A program made the translations under genes and the position numbers. DNA of 64,000 nucleotides from an uncultured delta proteobacterium (GTDB lineage: Bacteria > Myxococcota > Myxococcia > Myxococcales > Myxococcaceae), in the NCBI GenBank assembly GCA_963771175.1, contig CAVYSY010000031.1:128001-192000 (forward strand), given 5' to 3'. How positions within the stretch are numbered: the stretch's first letter is position 1; each line of letters opens with the position of its first letter. Positions 41,901 through 54,700 of this stretch are shown here, piece by piece. The notes below the pieces were generated by a model. The model did not search any database. It was not told the origin of the DNA and worked only from the letters and a program-made list of their open reading frames with translations.

Positions 41901-44601
41901 CGACCACGGGGACCAACCCGCTCGACGATGACTCCGACGATGACGGCCTGCTCGATGGCACCGAGGACAAGAACCACAACGGCTCCGTGGACTCGGGCGA
42001 GACCGACCCGCGCAAGGCCGACACCGACGGTGATGGCCTCCAGGATGGCACCGAGTCGGGCCTCAGCACGCCCGAGGGCTCGGGCACGGACCTGACCGTC
42101 TTCCAGCCCGATGCGAACCCGAGCACCCGGACGGACCCGACCAATCCCGACACCGACGGCGGCAGCGTGTCCGACGGCGCCGAGGACAAGGACCACAACG
42201 GCCGCATCGACGCGGGCGAGACCGACCCGCTCAACAAGGCGGACGACAAGCCCGTGGACAGCAAGGACACGGACGGCGACGGCGTGCCCGACGCCACCGA
42301 GGCGGAGCTCGGCCTCGACCCGAACGACTCGGACAGCGATGACGACGGCGTGCCCGACGGACTGGACGGCCTCACCGACACGGATGGGGACGGCCGCATC
42401 GACGCGCTCGACGCCGACAGCGACAACGACGGCATCAAGGACGGCACCGAGCTGGGTGTGACGCGGGCCAACGCTCCCGCGGGCACCAACCTGGACTCGC
42501 CGAACTTCGTCCCGGATGACGACCCGTCCACCACCACCAACCCGAAGAACGCCGACACCGACGGTGGACGGTCCTCAAGGATGGTGAGGAGGACAAGAAC
42601 CACGACGGCCGCTTCGCCTCGGGCGAGACCGACCCGAAGGACCCGGACACCGACCACGGTGGCCTGTCCGACGGTGACGAGGTGAAGAGCAACACCAACC
42701 CGCTCGACGACCAGGACGACTTCCTCGTCGTTGGCCGTGGTTGCAGCACCTCGGGTGGCTCTCCGCTTGGGTGGCTGGCCGCGCTGATGCTCGCCGCGCC
42801 GATGCTGCGCTCGCGGCGCTCCGCTCGCCGGGGCTCCGTGCTGGCCGGTGGGTTGATGGGTCTCCTGGGTGTGCTGGCCGCTCCGGCGGCGGACGCCCAG
42901 GCCCCGGCCTCCTCCCCGCTGTCCCAGTCCATCGACGTGCAGCGCTACAAGCCCGGCCCGGGTGCCACCGACATCCTCGGCGTGAATGGCGCCAGGGTGG
43001 GTGGGCACCTCGGCTGGCACCTGGGGGCCTCGCTCAACTACGCGAGCAACCCCCTGGGCTTCCTCGACCCGCGCCAGGACGACTTCGTCTACGGAATCGT
43101 CGCCCACCAGGTGACGTTGGACCTGATGGGCTCGCTCTCGCTGTGGAACCGGTTCGAGCTGGGCGTGGCGCTGCCCGTCACGTACCAGGCCTCCGAGAGC
43201 GGCGCCTCCGTCATGCCGGCCTTCTCGGATGGCGTGAGCGGCGCTGGCGTGGGTGACCTGCGGCTGGTGCCCAAGGCCCACCTGCTCAACGCGGGTGGGT
43301 TCGACCTGGGCCTCTCCGTCCCCGTCCTGCTGCCCACCGCGGGCGGCCAGGGCTTCCGGGGCGGCTCGGGTGTCAGCGCCCGGCCCCAGCTCGTGGGCGA
43401 GTGGGGCAACGGCAACGGCCTGCGGCTGGTGGCCAACCTCGGCGCCAACCTCCAGGGCGAGCAGCAGGTGCGCAACCTGAAGACGGGCACCGAGCTGCTG
43501 TACGCGGTGGGTGCCCAGGTGCCCCTCAGCGAGAAGCTCGCGCTGCAGGCCAACGTCGCGGGCGCGTTCGGGCTGAACGACATGGACATGGAGGGGCGCC
43601 CGCTGGAGGTGCTCGCGGCGGTGCAGTACCGCCTCTCCAAGGGACTGGCCGCCCACGTGGGCGGTGGCCCGGGCCTCACCCGCGGCTACGGCACCCCGGG
43701 CTTCCGCGTCTTCGCCGGCCTCGACTGGACCCAGCCCGGTGAGCGCGTCGCCGCGCCTCCTCCGGCCCCCGTCGACACGGACGGGGATGGCCTCGTCGTG
43801 GATGGCCTCGCCGTGGATGGCCAGGACAAGTGCCCCACCGAGGCCGAGGACAAGGACGGCTTCCAGGACGAGGACGGCTGCCCCGACCCCGACAACGACG
43901 GGGACGGCATCGCCGACGCACAGGACAGGTGCGCCCTCCAGCCCGAGACGGTGAACGGCTTCGAGGACGAGGATGGCTGCCCGGACGAGAAGCCGGCCGT
44001 GGACTCGGACAAGGACGGCCTGATGGATGACCAGGACAAGTGCCCGGCCCAGCCCGAGGACAAGGACGGCTTCCAGGACGAGGACGGCTGCCCGGATCCG
44101 GACAACGACAAGGACGGCGTGCCGGACTGGGAGGACCAGTGCCCGATGCAGCCCGAGGTCATCAACGGCGTGAAGGACGAGGACGGCTGCCCCGACGAGG
44201 GCAAGTCCAAGGTGCGCCTGGAGTCCAAGCGCATCGTCATCCTGGACAAGGTGTACTTCGCCACGGCGAAGGACGTCATCCTTCCCAAGTCCTTCGACCT
44301 GCTCAAGCAGGTGGGCTCGGTGCTGAAGGCCAACCCGCAGCTCGAGCTGCTGCGCGTGGAGGGCCACACGGACAACCAGGGCAACGACGCCAGCAACCTG
44401 AACCTGTCGCAGCGGCGCGCGAACAAAGTGCGCGCGTTCCTCATCCGTGAGGGCGTCGCTGCGGAACGGCTCGAGGCGGTGGGCTACGGGGAGACGAAGC
44501 CCGTGGATACCAACAAGACGGCGGCTGGCCGTGAGAACAACCGCCGCGTGGAGTTCAACATCCTGAAGGTCGCCGGCGAGGAGGCCGAGAAAGCCCCGTA
44601 A
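38990..44601 (+). CDS. Large surface protein (DUF11, Ig-like, Asp-rich repeats, internal MYXO-CTERM-like tag) fused to beta-barrel/TSP3/OmpA module (AgmC/TraB-like); frameshifts ~41400-41680 and ~42570
   Basis: Signal peptide ARA-Q; PGDTIEYTI (DUF11); TYTGTAQPG...GNWSC (Ig); DxDGDG repeats continue across the shift at 42570 into ORF 42682..44601; OmpA VEGHTD...LSQRRA...NRRVEF. Confidence 0.8.
41138..42040 (+). repeat. Intragenic 90-bp (30-aa) tandem repeat
   Basis: Unit DxDGDGIPDGTEDKDHDGVVDPGETDPTKT at 41138, 41228, 41318 and onward, degenerating. Confidence 0.9.
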
Positions 44602-44629
44602 GGGAATCCCCGGCACGTCCGGAAGACAG

Positions 44630-44672
44630 ACGGCGCGAGCAGGCAAGCGACCTGCTCGCGCCGTTTCCGTTT
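44630..44672 (+). terminator. Probable terminator
   Basis: 14-bp stem ACGGCGCGAGCAGG/CCTGCTCGCGCCGT followed by TTCCGTTT. Confidence 0.65.
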
Positions 44673-44688
44673 GAGGTAGGAAGGCACC

Positions 44689-45708
44689 GTGAGCTCCCTT
44701 CTTCCTCGCCCCCTCCTGATTCCCCTGCTCATCCCGCTGCTGCTGGCGGCGGCGCCTCCCACCGCGCCTGCCCCGCCCCGCCTGGAGGATGCGCTCCCCG
44801 ACACCTTCTCCGGAGTGGAGCGCGTGGTGGCGGTGGGCGACGTGCACGGGGACGTGGACGCGCTGAAGGAGGTGCTGCGACTGGCGGGCCTCATCGACGA
44901 GAAGGGCCGGTGGAGCGGCGGCAAGGCGCACCTGGTGCAGACGGGAGACATCCCGGACCGGGGCGAGCACACCCGCGCCGCCTTCGAGTTGCTGATGCGA
45001 CTGGAGGGCGAGGCACTCGCCGCGGGCGGCCGGGTCCACGCGCTGCTGGGCAACCACGAGGTGATGAACATGCTCGGGGACGTGCGCTACGTCACTCCGG
45101 GCGAGCTGGCCTCGTTCGCGGACCAGAGCCCCGAGCCGGATACGTCGGGCTCGCCGCGAGGGCTCAACGGGCACCGTGAAGCGTACGGGCTGAAGGGGCG
45201 CTACGGCCAGTGGATGCGCCGGCACGCCGCGGTGGTGCGCATCGATGACACGCTCTTCGTGCACGGCGGAGTCGCGCCGATGGTGCCAGCGAAGACACTG
45301 GCCGAGCTCAACCGCTGGGTGCGGCAGGACCTGTTCCCCGGCAACCCTCCTGGTGGAGCCAGGGACGCGCAGGGCCCGTTGTGGTTCCGCGGCTACGCGC
45401 TGGGAGCCGAGGAGGCCGCGGGACAATCCCTCGACGTGGTGCTGCAGCGGTTCGGCGCGAAGCGGATGGTGATGGGTCACACCACCGACCGGGATGGGAA
45501 GGTCCGGACGCGGTTCGGCGGGAAGGCTGTGTTCATCGACACCGGCCTGAGCACCGGTTACGGCCGACACCTCGCCGCGCTGGAGCTTCGTGGCGGCAGG
45601 GTCACCGCTCTCTACAAGGAGGGACGCGTGGAGCTGGTGGCGCCCCCGGCGGCTCCGGTTCCGAGCGCCACGCAGAGGGTCTCCCCCGCCCCGCGCGTCA
45701 ACCCCTGA
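44689..45708 (+). CDS. Secreted metallophosphoesterase (Shewanella-like PPP phosphatase)
   Basis: GDVHG, GDIPDRG, GNHE, HGG, GPLWFRG, GHT, IDTG; signal peptide. Confidence 0.9.
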   Translation: MSSLLPRPLLIPLLIPLLLAAAPPTAPAPPRLEDALPDTFSGVERVVAVGDVHGDVDALKEVLRLAGLIDEKGRWSGGKAHLVQTGDIPDRGEHTRAAFELLMRLEGEALAAGGRVHALLGNHEVMNMLGDVRYVTPGELASFADQSPEPDTSGSPRGLNGHREAYGLKGRYGQWMRRHAAVVRIDDTLFVHGGVAPMVPAKTLAELNRWVRQDLFPGNPPGGARDAQGPLWFRGYALGAEEAAGQSLDVVLQRFGAKRMVMGHTTDRDGKVRTRFGGKAVFIDTGLSTGYGRHLAALELRGGRVTALYKEGRVELVAPPAAPVPSATQRVSPAPRVNP

Positions 45709-45715
45709 CGCCGCC

Positions 45716-46943
45716 TTACAGGAGCCTCGCGCTGATGGCGCTGTGCACGTCCGCGCCGGCGTCGGTGAGCACGAGCCTCCGGCCATCGAGCCTCGCCAAC
45801 CCGTGCTGGACCAGCCGCGCCACTTCCGCCCGGCGCGGCTCCGGGTCCTGGCCGTAGAGCGTACACACCGCCTCCCAGTCCACCCCGGAGCGCAGCCGCA
45901 GGCCCATGGCCAGCCGCTCCTCGAAGAGTTCCTGGGGGCTCAATTCCTCGCGGCTCGACTCCGGCAGCTTCCCTTCCTCCGCCGCCGCGCATGTACGCGT
46001 CCGAGCCACGCAGGTCCACGTAGCGGTAGCCCGAGGGCCGCTCGCCCGGCCCGGACGTGAGCAGCATTCCCGTGGCGCCCACGCCCAGCGCGAGGTACTC
46101 GCCCCCCGTCCAGTAGAGCGCGTTGTGCCGCGAGCCGTACCCGGGCTTCGCGTGGTTGGAGATTTCGTAGCGCCGCAGCCCGTGCGCGGCGTAGGCCTCG
46201 TGGATGGCCTTCGTCATCTCCACCACGTCCTCGTCCGGCGGCAGCGCCAGCTCGCCCTTGTCGAGCTGCCTCGACAGGGGCGTGGCCACCGCCAGCGACT
46301 CGCGCTCCACCGTCAGCGCGTAGGTGGACAGGTGCTCGGGCTCCATCGCCGCGGCCTGGCGCGCGTCCGCTTCCGCCTGCGCCCGCGTCTGCCCATGCAC
46401 TCCGTAGATGAAGTCCATGGACACCACGTCGAAGCCCGCCCGCCGCGCCATCTCGTACGCCGCCACCGCCTCCTGGCCCGTGTGCTCGCGCCCGAGGGCC
46501 TTCAGCGTCTCGTCCCGGAAGGACTGCACGCCCAGCGAGAGCCGGTTGACGCCCGCGCCCCGGTAGCCCGCGAAGCGCTCGGCGTCGGCGACGCTCGGGT
46601 TGGCCTCCAGGGAGATCTCCGCGCCCGGAGCCACCCGCAGCCGCGCCGCCACGCCCTCCAGCACGTGCGCCACCCAGCGCGGGTGCCAGAGGGAGGGCGT
46701 GCCACCGCCGAGGAAGATGGACTCCAGCCGCCGCTCGCGAAGCGAGGGCTCCGCCGCCAGCCGCGCATCCAACTCCGCCAGCACCGCGCGCGCGTAACGC
46801 TCCTCCGGCACCTGCCGCACCACCGCCACCGCGAAGTCGCAGTAGGGGCACTTCGACAGGCAGTACGGGAAGTGGACGTAGAGCCCGAAGCGCGCCGCCG
46901 GAGTCCCCGTGAGTGGGTCGATGGGGCCCGCGAAGTCCATCAC
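45716..46943 (-). CDS. hemW: Radical SAM heme chaperone HemW, frameshift near 45985
   Basis: LYVHFPYCLSKCPYCDF, GGGTPS, YEISN, SRHNALYW; C-terminus in ORF 45716..46009. Confidence 0.92.
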
Positions 46944-46946
46944 GCG

Positions 46947-48880
46947 CTACTTCGCCCCCCGGAGTTGCGCGAGCTGTGCCTCCAGCCGCGCCAGCTTCAG
47001 CTTGTAGCTGGCCGCCGTCTCCAGCGCCGTCTCCGCCGCCATCAGCTTGCGCTTCATCGCCGCCACGTCCGCCTTGAGCTTGTCGCGCTCCCCCGCTCGG
47101 CGCCGCGGCCTCCAACTCGGCCCGGCGCGCCCGCTCCTGCTCCAACTCCGCCTCCACCTCGACCAGCCGCGCCTCCACCGCCTGGCGCGCCTCGGCATCC
47201 ACGTCCAGGCTCTTGCCCCGCGTGGCCCCCAGCGCGCCCTCCAGCATCGTCACCCGCTGCTTCAGCCGCTCCACCTGCTCCTCGGCATCCTGGGCCCGGC
47301 GCTCGGCGTCCAGCTCCTCCACCTCCAGCTCCCCCTCCGCCTCCTCCTGCTGCGTCACCTGGGCCCGCACGCGCCCCAACTCCGACTCCACGTCGGCCAG
47401 CGCGCGAGACAGATCCTGCCGGTCCGACTCCACCGTCTGAAGCTCGGACTCCAGCTCCGCCACCCGCGCGGTGACCGCCGCCGTGTTCTCCGACTCCTGC
47501 CGCGCCTGCTCCTGCACCCGCCCCAGCTCCGCCTCCACGTCGGCCAGCGAGCGCGAGAGATCCTTGCGGTCCGACTCCACCGTCTGGAGCTCGGCCCGCA
47601 GCGCCGCGACCTGCGCCTCGGCCTGCTCCGCCGCCTCGCTCAGCGCGGCCGCGTCCGTCTCCATCCGGTCGCGCAGCTGCACCACCTCGGCCTCGCTCGC
47701 CGCCAGCGACTCCCGCGCCGACGCGAGCTCCGCCTCCAGCGCCTCCAGCCGCGCGGAGAGCTCCGCCACCTCGCTCCGGGCCGCGTCGCGCTCGGCCTCC
47801 AGCTCACGGGTGCGCCCCTGCACCTCCTCCAGCGAGCTCTTCGACCACTCGGACTCCGAGAGCGTCGCCTCGAGCTGTGCCACCCGCGCCGCCAGCTCCT
47901 CCCGCTCCGCGACGACGAGCTCCTGCTCCTCCCGGGCCGCCCGCAGCTCCTCGCCGGCGCGCTCCAGCTCGCCCAGGGTCTCCTGGTACTGCTCGCGCAC
48001 GGCCTCCAGCGACCCCTGCATCTCGGCGCGCTCCGCCGCCAGCTCCCCCACCCGGTCCTGCGCCAGCGACAGGGCCTCCTTCGCCCCTACCAGCTCCTCG
48101 GCGAGCGAGCCTCGCGAGGTGCGCTCGTGCTTCAGCTCCGCGGTGAGGCTCGACAGCTCCGCCTCCACCTCGGCCAGCGAGCGCGCCAGGTCCTTGCGCT
48201 CCTCCTCCACCGTCCGCAGCTCGCCCTGCAGCTCGCGTGACCCTCGCCTCGGCCTCCGCCGTGCGCGCCGCCTCGCGCGACAGCGCCGCGGAGGTCTGCT
48301 CCAGCTTCGCCGGCAGGTCCTTCACCCCGCCGAGCTGCTCCTGCGCCTCCTGCACCTGCCCGCGCAGCGTGGCCTCGGAGACGCGCAGCGCCTGGAGCTC
48401 GGCCTCACGCTCGGCGTACAGCGCCCGCGCGCGGGCCAGCGTCTCCGTCTTCTGCTTCAGCACCGCGCGGAAGAACTCGAGCTTGTCCTCCGGCGCACCA
48501 CCCAGGGGCGGGCGCAGCTCGGGCGGCTCGCCAAAGGGGTCCGCCGCTCCCACCGGGCGGACCGGCGCCACCGCGGGCTCGGAGTCCCGGGGCAGGGTCT
48601 GCACGGACGGCATGGACATGGCGGGCCTGAAGGCGGCCTGCGCACCGCTCGTCGCCTTGCCCGGAGTCGGAGCCACCGCCGCCCGGCGCGGGGGCAGCGG
48701 TGGAGGGCTGGCCGGGGCTGGAGGACGCGCGCGCACGGGGGCACCGGGCCCCACGGGGGCCATCTCCGCTTCCAGGTTCTCGCGCAGCTCGGCGAGTGGA
48801 TCCAGCTCCTCTGACGACGACCCCATGCGAGCCCACGTTAACGCCCGGTCGCTCTCTTCTCCAGAGACGTTGGAGGCCAT
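46947..48880 (-). CDS. Long coiled-coil protein, frameshifts near 47100 and 48240
   Basis: Pro-rich N-terminus then Glu/Ala heptads; three copies of TVEx(D/E)RxDLxRxLAxVExEL; 3 bp from hemW start. Confidence 0.75.
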
Positions 48881-49019
48881 TCACGCGCACCGCCCTCCCG
48901 GCTGGTCTCCGGGCTCACAACAGGGTCGCGGTCAAAGCTTCCGGGCGTTAGGGACTGGTCGAAATGGTCGCCGGCTCGCCTTGCCTCCCCCTACAGCCGG
49001 TGTCAGGTTCGGACGTTCC

Positions 49020-51639
49020 ATGGCTCAGCGCTACACACTTTCCAACGGACTCACCGTCGTCTTCGAGGAGCAGCACGCCGCCCGGGTGGCCGCCTTCCAG
49101 GTGTGGGTGAAGGCCGGCAGCGCCGACGAGCGGCCGGATCAGGCCGGACTCGCGCACCTGCACGAGCACATGCTCTTCAAGGGCACGGCCCGCCGCGGCC
49201 CCGGGGAGATCGCCCGGGACGTCGAGGCCCACGGCGGGGAGATCAACGCCTGGACGTCCTTCGACCAGACGGTCTACCACATCGTCATCGCCAGCCAGTT
49301 CGCCCGGCATGGGGCTGGACATCCTCGGCGACGCGGTCCGCTCCTCGGCCTTCGACCCGGACGAGCTGGCGCGCGAGATCGAGGTGGTGTGCGAGGAGAT
49401 CAAGCGCAGCCAGGACACGCCGTCCCGGCGCGCCTCGCGCGACCTGTTCGCCACCGCCTACCAGGAGCACCCCTACCGCCTGCCCGGTCATCGGCACGGC
49501 GGAGAGCGTGCGCAGCTTCACCCGCGACAAGGTGCTCGAGTTCTACCGGCGCCACTACACGCCGAAGAACCTGGTGCTGGTCGGCCGCCGGCGACTTCAC
49601 CGAGGCCGAGCTGCGCAGCTGGGTGGAGGAGATCTTCGGCGGCGATTGGGGCCGGCCCCACGAGGGCGCGGTGGCCCGCCCGCGCGAGCCCGGCGCCACG
49701 CGCCGCCGCGGTGCTGACCTGCGCCCGGACGAGGTGAAGGAGGCCTACTTCAACCTCGCCTTCCCCATCCCCCAGGCGGACCACCCGGACGTGCCCGCGC
49801 TCGACGTGCTGGCCATGCTCGCCGGCCAGGGCGACGCCTCGCCGCCTGGTGCTGGAGGTGAAGCGCAAGCGGAGCCTCGTCAACGACATCCACGCCTACG
49901 CCTACACCCCGAAGGACCCGGGCCTCTTCGCCGCCGCGCTCACCCTGCCGCACGAGAAGCTGCCGCAGGCGCTCGAGGAGACGGTGCGCGTGCTGACGGC
50001 GCTGCGCACGAGCCTGGTGCCCGCGGACGAGCTGGCCACGGTGAAGGCCCTCGTCGAGTCCGAGGCCGTCTACCAGCGCGAGACGGTGCAGGGCCTGGCG
50101 CGCAAGCTGGGCTACTACGAGTCCGCCATGGGGGACCTGGAGGCGGAGGCCCGCTACTACGAGGCCATCGCCCGACTCACCCCCGAGCGCATCCGCGAGG
50201 TGGCCGAGCGCTACCTGCGCTTCGACGCGCGCCATCGTCACCGGGCTGCTGCCCCCGGGCACGCACCTTCGGCGCGGAGCAGGCCGAGGAGATCCTGGAC
50301 CGGGTGTCGCGCGAGACGCCCGCCGCCCCACCGAGCGCCGCGCACCCAAGGCCGCGCCCGCCGCGCCCGCGCATGCGCCGGGCCGCACCGCGCCGGCCTC
50401 CCCCGGCAAGGATCGTCGAGGAGCGGCTGCCCTCGGGCGCGCGCATCCTCGTGCGCGAGGAGCGGGCCGTGCCGCTCTTCGCCATGCGCGCGGCCTTCCC
50501 CGGTGGGCTGCGCTACGAGACGGCGGAGAACAACGGCCTCACCACGCTGCTCTGCCGCTGCCTCACCCGCGGCACGCCCTCGCACGACGCGGAGGAGATC
50601 TCCCACCTCATCGACAGCTTCGCCGGCTCGCTCTCGGGCCAGGGCGGGCGCAACTCGGTGGGCCTGCGCGGCGAGTTCCTCTCCCGCCACTTCGAGGACT
50701 GCCTTCCGCCTCTTCGCCGACTGCCTCCTCAACCCCAGCTTCCCCGAGGCCGAGGTGGCGCGCGAGCGCGCGCTGCTGCTGCAGGACATCCTCACCCGCG
50801 AGGACAAGCCCAGCGGCCTGGCCTTCGAGCTCTTCGGCCGCACGCTCTTCCGCACGCACCCCTACCGGCTGTCCACCCTGGGCGAGCAGGCCTCGGTGGA
50901 GACGCTGGGGCCGGACGCGCTGCGCGCCTACCACGCCGCGCACATGGACCCCTCGCAGCTCACCTTGAGCGTGGTGGGCGACGTGAGGGTGGACGAGGTG
51001 CTCGCGCTCGCGCACGAGGCCTTCGGCGCCTCCCGGGGCCGCGCGGCGCCTCCGCCCGAGGTGCGGCCCGAGCCGCCGCCCGAGGCGCCGCGCACGGAGC
51101 AAGCGGGTGCTGGCGCGCGCGCAGTCGCACCTGGTGCTCGGGCTTCCCGGGGCGTGCGGGTGGACGACCGATGGCGGCACGCGCTGGAGGTGCTCTCCAC
51201 GGTGCTGTCGCGGCCAGGGCGGGCGGCTCTTCGTGGAGCTGCGCGACAAGCGCTCCATGGCCTACAGCGTCAGCAGCTTCTCCATCGAGGGCGTGGATCC
51301 GGGCTACTTCGCCGTCTACATGGGCACCAGCCCCGAGAAGGTGGACGCCGCGCTGGCCGGCATCCGCGCGGAGCTGCGCGCGCGTGCGCGACGAGCCCAT
51401 CCCCGAGGCGGAGCTCGCGCGCGCCAAGCAGCACCTCATCGGCACGCATGAGATTGGCCTGCAGCGCAACGGCGCGCGCGCCGCGCTGCTCGCGCTGGAC
51501 GCCTGCTACGGCCTGGGCCTGGAGAACTTCCTCCACTACGCCGACCGCGTGGCGGCGGTGACGGCCGAGGACGTGCGCGAGGTGGCCCGCCGAGCTCATC
51601 GACTTCGAGCGCGGCGCGCTCGCCATCGTCGGCCCGTGA
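49020..51639 (+). CDS. M16 (pitrilysin-family) zinc peptidase, many frameshifts
   Basis: GLAHLHEHMLFKGT (HxxEH), INAWTSFDQT, second M16 half with HPY. Confidence 0.92.
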
Positions 51640-51678
51640 GGGCCCCACGGGCCCGCGCTTCCTTCCCGCAAGACGAAA

Positions 51679-51710
51679 ATCCCCTCTCCCGCGGCTGAGG
51701 GAGAGGGGAT
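51679..51710. terminator. Hairpin between convergent genes
   Basis: ATCCCCTCTCCC-N8-GGGAGAGGGGAT. Confidence 0.55.
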
Positions 51711-51739
51711 CGGGCACCGGGCCCCGCGGGAGGCCCGGC

Positions 51740-54700
51740 TCACCGGGTGGCGCCTACGGCCTGGGCGCAGGCCTCGGCGTTCTCGTGACGGCACGCGTGC
51801 AGGTTGCGCGGCACCTCCATCCAGTAGATGTCCGGGGTGGGACGTTCTTCTCGTCCGCAGCGTCTCCGGCGTGGCCCTTCGCCCGGGCGCGTCACCGCGC
51901 ACGTCGTAGCGGATGGCCGCCCGTCGGCGACAGCGACGGTGATCGCGCGAGGCCTCGCTCGGAGGTGCCGTGACGAGATCGTTGCGTCTGTAGGGCATGT
52001 AGCCGATCAGCTCACCCGTTGTCGTTGTACAGCCGGAAGCCCTCGGCCAGGTCCGGCAGACCGGTGATGACGTCCGCCTGCCACGAGTAGGACATGTCAC
52101 CCGAGCCCGACCAGCGAGCAGGCCGGGCACGCGCCACCCGCGGTCGGCGCGAAGGAGGGCCAGAGACGACGCCCGAGATGATGGTCGAGCCGGCCGCCGT
52201 CCGCTCCTGCAGCCCGGCGTAGCGCATGAACCAGCCCGGCCCCCACGGAGCTCTCGGCGAGCGCGGCCATCTTCGCCGATGGGATGTAGTTCACCACCTT
52301 GCCCTCCGGCGTCCGGCGCAGGTGCTCGTAGGCGTCATCCGGAATGGTGACGTCCACCAGCGAGCACGCGATGGGCACGCCCATGCCGCCGGGCCGCAGT
52401 CGAAGCCCGCCGTGTCCGTCACGCGCATCTTGTCGAACGTCGACCGCACTCGTCGGCGTCGATCGAACGTGCGCTGCGAGCCACCGTACGCGTGGAAGCC
52501 GAAGTAGCGGTTGCTCGGCACGGTCGTCGTGTCCGTCGGCGCTCAGCTTCAGGTGCGCGGTGCACGCCCGGTCGAGCTGGCTCTGCGTGCACGTCCACAT
52601 GGCCACCTCGCGCGAGGACTCGCATCTTGGACGTCGGCACCGCGTCGGTCGGGGACGTGTAGCGTGCCGGTGCCGAGCGCCGCGTCGGGGCAGGCGATGT
52701 TGAGAGTCGGTCAGCTCCATGCTTCGAGGCCTTGCACACCGACGTCATCCACGGCCCGGACAGGCTCTCGTTGTTGGTCTTCAGCACGCCCGCCTCGTAC
52801 TCGATGACGTGGTGCGCGCGTCCGGCCGTTGACGTCGGCCGAGAAGATGGCCGACACGTCGCACTTCAGCCGCACGCACGCCAGCAGGTCGTCCGGGCCG
52901 CAGTCGGTGCCCGCGTGGTGCGCAGGTGCTGCCGGTCGCCGGTGCCCATGTAGCTGCGCAGCCAGCCCGTCTCCGGCTGGAGTGATGTTGGAGGCGATGT
53001 TGGAAGAAGGGCGCCTTCAGGTAGGCGTTCTTGGGCCCGCCCACGGAGGAGTCATCACGCGACATCTCCAGCGAGCGCGCGCCGTACCAGTTCTTCACGA
53101 CCTGCCGTGCTGCTGTTGCGCTCGCCCGGCTCGAAGAAGCGGAACGTCCACACCTGGCCCGCCCATGTCGCCCACGACCATGGTGTCGAAGAAGCCGTCC
53201 AGGTCGCGCTCGCACGTTCTCCGCCTTGCCCATGTCCACCAGCGCCGGCGAGGCCGCCACGGGCATCATCTGGTTCAGCAGCGTCCTTGTAGGAGCTCGA
53301 CCCGCCCGGGGCCCGGGTGGGCCTCGCGGACCACAGCTTATTGCCCGTCCACACGTCCACCATGTAGACGCCGCGGCCACGCGAGAGGTCCGCGCTGTAG
53401 CCGCCGTTGAGCATGACGACCCAGCGCTCCTCCCAGCCCCGCGCGGTGCTGGACGGGGTGTGGCGGCGGCTTGAGGCGCACCGGCCCGATGGGCGGCGGC
53501 TTGGGCGCGAAGTTGGACCAGGACTGGCCCATGCTGGCCGACTCCGGGTCGCACGCGTTGGGGAACATCCAGCGGAACGGCCTGTGCCGGATCCGCCCTT
53601 GCCAGCATCTGCGTACGGGTCCGTCACGTCCAGCGCGATGTAGCGCTGGCCGCCGCCACGCTCGGTGATGACGGCGAGGGTGCGGAACTCCTCCGGCTGC
53701 TTGACGCCGTCTCGCGCACGCCCGTCATCGGCCCCGTCCGCCCAGACGTCACGCACCATGGGCGTGCCGTCCACGAAGTACTCGTGCCCGGAGCACGATC
53801 AGCCCCAGCTTGGGCAGCAGGTCCGGCGGGATGAAGGCCCACATCTCCTGGCCGGTGCCCAGGTCGTAGATGTCGTCCAGGACGTTCTTCCGCGTCCTTG
53901 CCGGGGATGGCCCGCGCCCACGTGGATGGCGTGCAGCATGCCGCCGTTGGAGCCCACCAGCGCGATGCGCGTCGCGAGTGGCGTGCAGTGTCCTTGATAC
54001 GTCGCCATAGGCACCGTACGTGCGAGTAGGTGCGCTCGGGGTCCATCGGCGTGGGCTTGTAGCAGGGCCGGTGCCGCCACCGCGCGAGCAGCAGCGGCGC
54101 GGACGACACCGTGGTGGAGAAGTCCTCGTAGAGCGTGGGCAGGCACTGGGCGCTCAGGCCCAGGGAGCAGAGGAAGGGATCCGCGGGCGGACTCCACCGT
54201 CACGGGCGTGGAGTGGAAGATGTCCGCGAGCTTGCAGGACTTCGTGTCCGTCGCTTCTTGTTGTCCGCGCACGGCCGCTCCTCGTCGTAGATGGTGTCAC
54301 CGTCGAAGTCGAAGCACGTCCACGCCGCGGATGAAGCGGATGAGGTCGCGAGCGCACTCCTCCTGCTGCGCCGCGGTGCCCGTCCACGCGCCTTCGTCTG
54401 CCGGGAGAAGAACTGACTGCAGAAGGTGTCACCGCCCGCCAGCAGGTACTGCTGGAGCTCGGCGAGGTTGTCCGTGGTGAACTCGACGGGCGGGTTGTCC
54501 GCGTCGGTGAACTTGCCGTCGTTGTCGCGGTCGATCATCGTGAAGATGCAGCGACCGCTCATCGGGGCCGAGCGGGTTGTCGCGGTCGCAGGGGAGCATC
54601 GCCTTGCGCTCACCGACCGTGTCGCCCACGTTCCAGAAGGGCACCGCCGGGTCTGCCGCCCTCCAGCACTTGCCATCAGCGTTGAGGGAGGCAGTCGTTC

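Noticed and set aside
41138..42040. 90-bp tandem repeats as a non-coding array
   Set aside because: Period is a multiple of 3, encodes Asp-rich Ca-binding-type repeats, and varies at synonymous positions
42682..44601. Stand-alone OmpA gene starting at GTG 42682
   Set aside because: The same frame upstream continues the repeat sequence (DGEEDKNHDGR...DGDEV), so the GTG reads as an internal Val
40615..45786. 1723-aa minus-strand ORF and other long antisense ORFs
   Set aside because: Shadow frames of high-GC genes with no motifs
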